From an uncultured Gemmatimonadales bacterium (GTDB lineage: Bacteria > Gemmatimonadota > Gemmatimonadetes > Gemmatimonadales > GWC2-71-9): DNA of 64,000 bases. Both the position numbers and the translations under genes were made by a program. Positions 60,509-64,000 of the stretch are shown here, one piece after another. The stretch spans positions 800,001-864,000 of the forward strand of contig CAVVKJ010000010.1 of assembly GCA_963748815.1 (NCBI GenBank). The letters are read 5' to 3'. Within the stretch, counting starts at the first letter, position 1, and every line of letters starts with the position of its first letter. The notes under the pieces were generated by a model. It searched no databases. It was not told where the DNA came from and saw only the letters and a list, made by a program, of their open reading frames with translations.

Positions 60509-62755
60509 CTACGGGTCAATCACCGTAAACTGCTGCGTCCGGTAATTGGTGTAGCTGTCCGGTCGCGTCACCCGGACCCCGATGGTGTAGGTCCCCGCCT
60601 TGAGGCGGGAGAGGTCGAGCGTCCGGTTGACCCGCGTCACGTCGCCCTGGGCCGTCTCCTCGAACTTCAGGCTGATGGCGGAGCCGCCCTTCCCGAACAG
60701 CCCGCCGCTCCCGCCCTTCCTGACGACCACGTCGGTCTTGAGCACCGTGCCCGGCCGCGCCCCGTACACCTCGTAGTACAGCTGCATCTCGTCGGTGCGG
60801 CGAAACGTTTCCAGCGGGTTGAAATACACCGTGTCCTCCGGCGCCGCGATCCAGCCGAGGTTGTTCTGCCGACGGCCAAGGACGAGGTCGCTCACCGCAA
60901 GGCGAGACTCCGAGCTGACCAGCACGCTGTCGGTCGGCAGGATCAGCCCCGCCTCCTCCCCCTGCTGCACCAGCACCCGGTAGCGGTGCATGCCCGGCGG
61001 CACGTTCACCTCGGCGCGCCCGACCAGGTGCTCCTTGATCGGCACCGGGGTCTTCGACAGGAAGAATCGCGTGGTATCGATCGACGCCACCGACTTCCCG
61101 TTCGCGTCGAGGACCGAGAACCGCAGCCGCACCGGATAGACCTGGCCCCGCGAGGTCGGCACGCCGGTGAGCGACCCGCCGGAAATGGCGTAGGCCACCT
61201 GGACGAGGGGCCCCTTTTCGTCCCACCCGACGGCCAGCACCTGCACCCGGGCCACCAGCGCGCGCGCGAAGTGCAGTTCGTAGGAGTCGGTCGAGGTCCC
61301 GCGCTGGTAGCTCGCCCGCCCCTGGCTCCGCTCCTCCGCCATGTAGCGGCTGACGCTCGCCCCGCCCGCCCCCTTCATCTTGGTGTAGAGCGGCGAGATG
61401 TTCTGCCGGGACGAGAGCAGCTGCTCGGTGGTGGTGTTGTTCGACAGCGAAACGCTGGCGCCCTGCAGCTGCACTGCCGTGGCGTAGCCGAAGATGTCGA
61501 GCAGGCTCTCCACCAGCTTGAAGTCCTGCACATCCTCCCGCGACACGAAATGGAAGACGAGGTCGCCGTCGGGATGGCGGTACACCCACGTCTCGTTCGG
61601 CTCGATCCCCGGCTCCGCGTACGAGGCGCGATCGGAGGGCGTGCCGTGGCGCAGGTAGATCATCCCCCGGTCGTCGAACTCCTGGCTGCCGGAGTGGTAG
61701 ATCTCCTCGATGTTGTAGTGCCGGTTGACGCTGGCCAGCCGGAAGTTGGTGCGGGCGTACTGCAGCCGGTGGTAGTGCTCCTTGAGCCGCTCGTTCGGGC
61801 TGCGCAGGCTGGCGTGGTCCCGGCTGGTCCAGAACTCGGTGAGCCAGGTGGCGCGGCCGTCCCCCGAAGTCGAGTCGAACGCCGCCAGCTCCGGCGCCGA
61901 CGCGAAGTACTCCAGGTCCTTCCGGTAGAGCGGCACGCTCATCGTGTCGTTAAACGCCGCGCCCTCGTAATAGCTGGCGGCGCCGACGTCGAGCCCCATC
62001 CCCAGCTGCGTCCGTCCCAGCTCGTACAGCCCCAGCCCCTTGTCGCCCCCGTTGGCCAGGTAGCCCATGAACGCCGCCACCGCCGAATCGGGACTCCCCA
62101 CCTCGCGCTCGATGCGACCACGCGCCAGGAGCACCTCGGGATGCTGGGCCGACTGGCTGTTGGCGCTCTGGCGCAGCGCCTCGAGTGCCACGTCGAGGCG
62201 GATGTTGACCCGCTGGTTGAGCGACGTGTTCGCCAGTTCCACCAGCCCATGCACGAACCCCGGGTCGACCTCCGCGGAGCGCGCGTAGGCGTCCGCCGCC
62301 TTGGCCAGCGCGTCCTTGCCGAACATCGTCTTGAGACCGGTCACCACCGCCAGCTGGGAGTCGCCGATCGACAGCTCGGCCATGCCGAGGCCATACCAGG
62401 GGTAGGGCCAGTTGGGCTCGAGCTGGGTGGCCCATTCGAATTCGGAGGCGGCGTCGTCGTAGTGGGGGCCGGCGGCGAGATCGCCGTACCGGAGGGAAAG
62501 GAACCCGAGCCGGAGGTGCAGGATCGTGTTGTTGCGGTCGGCCTTGGCTTCGGTGATCATGAGCCGCTCCCAGCGGAGCAGCATGATGGTGTCCGAGGTC
62601 GAGCGGAGGGTGTCGCGCCAGGCCTCGATGGCGGCCCGCTGCTCGGGCGCCTGAGCACGAGCCGGGGTAGCCAGCATCAGAAACAGCCCGAGCAGCGCGC
62701 CGAGGCGGCGAAGCGGGGAAGCGGGGAAGTGTTGGAAATTGAAACGAGGACTCAT
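60509..62755 (-). CDS. GWxTD-domain-like exported protein with TPRs and C-terminal Ig-like domain
   Basis: FWTSRD..NERLKEHYHRLQYARTNF..DDRGMIYLRHGTP..NETWVY. Confidence 0.8.
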   Translation of the reverse strand: MSPRFNFQHFPASPLRRLGALLGLFLMLATPARAQAPEQRAAIEAWRDTLRSTSDTIMLLRWERLMITEAKADRNNTILHLRLGFLSLRYGDLAAGPHYDDAASEFEWATQLEPNWPYPWYGLGMAELSIGDSQLAVVTGLKTMFGKDALAKAADAYARSAEVDPGFVHGLVELANTSLNQRVNIRLDVALEALRQSANSQSAQHPEVLLARGRIEREVGSPDSAVAAFMGYLANGGDKGLGLYELGRTQLGMGLDVGAASYYEGAAFNDTMSVPLYRKDLEYFASAPELAAFDSTSGDGRATWLTEFWTSRDHASLRSPNERLKEHYHRLQYARTNFRLASVNRHYNIEEIYHSGSQEFDDRGMIYLRHGTPSDRASYAEPGIEPNETWVYRHPDGDLVFHFVSREDVQDFKLVESLLDIFGYATAVQLQGASVSLSNNTTTEQLLSSRQNISPLYTKMKGAGGASVSRYMAEERSQGRASYQRGTSTDSYELHFARALVARVQVLAVGWDEKGPLVQVAYAISGGSLTGVPTSRGQVYPVRLRFSVLDANGKSVASIDTTRFFLSKTPVPIKEHLVGRAEVNVPPGMHRYRVLVQQGEEAGLILPTDSVLVSSESRLAVSDLVLGRRQNNLGWIAAPEDTVYFNPLETFRRTDEMQLYYEVYGARPGTVLKTDVVVRKGGSGGLFGKGGSAISLKFEETAQGDVTRVNRTLDLSRLKAGTYTIGVRVTRPDSYTNYRTQQFTVIDP

Positions 62756-62822
62756 CGGCCCTGTCGGGATAGGGTACACGATGGAGACGCCTGACCCGGA
62801 AATGGGGGCACACGGGGTGGGC

Positions 62823-64000
62823 CTACTTCCCCGCGTCCCCGCTTCCCCGCTTCCCCGCCTCCCGGAGGTACTCCACCACTCCGTTGTAGACCCCTTCAGC
62901 ATACATCTTCTGCCCGAGCGGGGTCCGGAGCGCCGCTTCCTGTTCCGGGATGGCCATGAACATCGCCTCGGTCAGGATGGAGGGCATCCAGGTCGGGCGC
63001 ACCAGCGCCAGGTCTCCCCGGCCGACACCGAGGTCGCGGAGGGCGAGGCGCTTGACCAGCGCGGCCTGCACCTCGCGGGCGAAGGCGGCACTGCGGGGTT
63101 GATTGTAGAAGACGCTCGTCCCGCTGTTGGTGATGGGATTCACCCCATCCGGGAGGGCGTTGTTGTGGATGGAAATCAGCAGGTCGGCGTCCACGCTGTC
63201 GGCATAGAAGGGCCGCCAGGCGAGGTCCACCGGCTTCTCCGTGGTGCGAGTCATCAGGACTTCCGCGCCGCCTTCCTCGAGCATCTCCTGCAGTGCGAGG
63301 GCGACGGCGAGGTTGGCGGCGGCCTCGGTGTACCCGGTGGGCCCGGTGGCGCCGAGGGGAGGATGGCCGGCGTCGACCACGATGCGGATGCCGTCGAGGG
63401 GGTGCGATTTCTGGACGACAGGCGGGCGCCTGATCTCCAGCATCAGGTCGGTGCGGTCCCACCGGGTGCGGTATCCCCACACCGACTGGCTCAGGTCGAT
63501 GGTGATGGTGACCTCATCCGCCGTCGCCTGGTCCCAGGTCATCTGGGTGACGAGCGAGTCCTCCCCGCCGTAGCGCATCCAGTTCACGTCGGCGAATGCC
63601 CCGTAGAGCCGCACCGTGATCGACGACTCGTCCTCGCTGACCAGGAAGGGGACCCGCGCGCTGAGCGGAATCCGAAGCGTCGCACTGGTGGGCGCGGAGG
63701 TCAGGGACACCGAGCCGACGATGGCCTCGATGGGCGGGGTGCCTGCCGGCAGGGCGTGCGCATCGGCGGCGGTGATCCAGGCGAGCGACGTCGCCGAGAG
63801 CGCGAGCCGGAGGTCGCCGTTCAGGCGGCCGGAGACATTGGCCCGGGTGCCGGTGGGGAAGAACCAGTTGTAGGTGGCGCCGGGGGCGGCGCGCCCCACC
63901 GTGAGCCGGTCGGTCTTGCCGGTCCGCGCCGTATCGTCGTCGAGCTCGACCACCACGGGGAGGCTGTCGAGGAGGGAGACGCGCAGTGGCCACCTGGCCC
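62823..64000 (-). CDS. N-acetylmuramoyl-L-alanine amidase (Amidase_3), 5'-truncated by the window edge
   Basis: IVVDAGH, EAAANL, ISIHNNA, PSILTE. Confidence 0.92.
   Translation of the reverse strand, partial: ARWPLRVSLLDSLPVVVELDDDTARTGKTDRLTVGRAAPGATYNWFFPTGTRANVSGRLNGDLRLALSATSLAWITAADAHALPAGTPPIEAIVGSVSLTSAPTSATLRIPLSARVPFLVSEDESSITVRLYGAFADVNWMRYGGEDSLVTQMTWDQATADEVTITIDLSQSVWGYRTRWDRTDLMLEIRRPPVVQKSHPLDGIRIVVDAGHPPLGATGPTGYTEAAANLAVALALQEMLEEGGAEVLMTRTTEKPVDLAWRPFYADSVDADLLISIHNNALPDGVNPITNSGTSVFYNQPRSAAFAREVQAALVKRLALRDLGVGRGDLALVRPTWMPSILTEAMFMAIPEQEAALRTPLGQKMYAEGVYNGVVEYLREAGKRGSGDAGK

Overview
High-GC (roughly 70% by eye) bacterial chromosome segment. The gene content suggests Gemmatimonadota (many Ser/Thr kinases, an ECF-kinase pair, a GWxTD protein, a HEAT + HD-GYP pair), but this is inference. 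Left to right: the end of a chaperone-usher-like pilus locus; a glycolytic cluster (pyk, PhnP-like hydrolase, pgi, class II aldolase); a ~750-bp gene-free gap holding a candidate structured RNA and an AT-rich cluster of DnaA-box-like motifs (candidate oriC, with no dnaA in the window); an ispG/thioredoxin-fold operon; a K+ channel/antiporter cluster; small accessory genes; c-di-GMP-type signalling genes; an ECF sigma/kinase module bracketed by near-identical REP doublets; an ~8.6-kb cyclic beta-1,2-glucan synthase; a lower-GC defence island (HhH-GPD [4Fe-4S] glycosylase, C5 methyltransferase, MvaI/BcnI-family nuclease, attC-like remnant, Zn-finger-TIR protein); class II RNR; gamma-carbonic anhydrase; a kinase-TonB_C fusion; a GWxTD protein; and an amidase. 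Many genes have single-base frameshifts, densest at 41-44 kb and 50-56 kb and including nrdJ. These look like uncorrected long-read indels, so disrupted calls are tentative. At least four families of dispersed palindromic or short tandem repeats occur. No rRNA, tRNA, CRISPR array or transposase was recognised.
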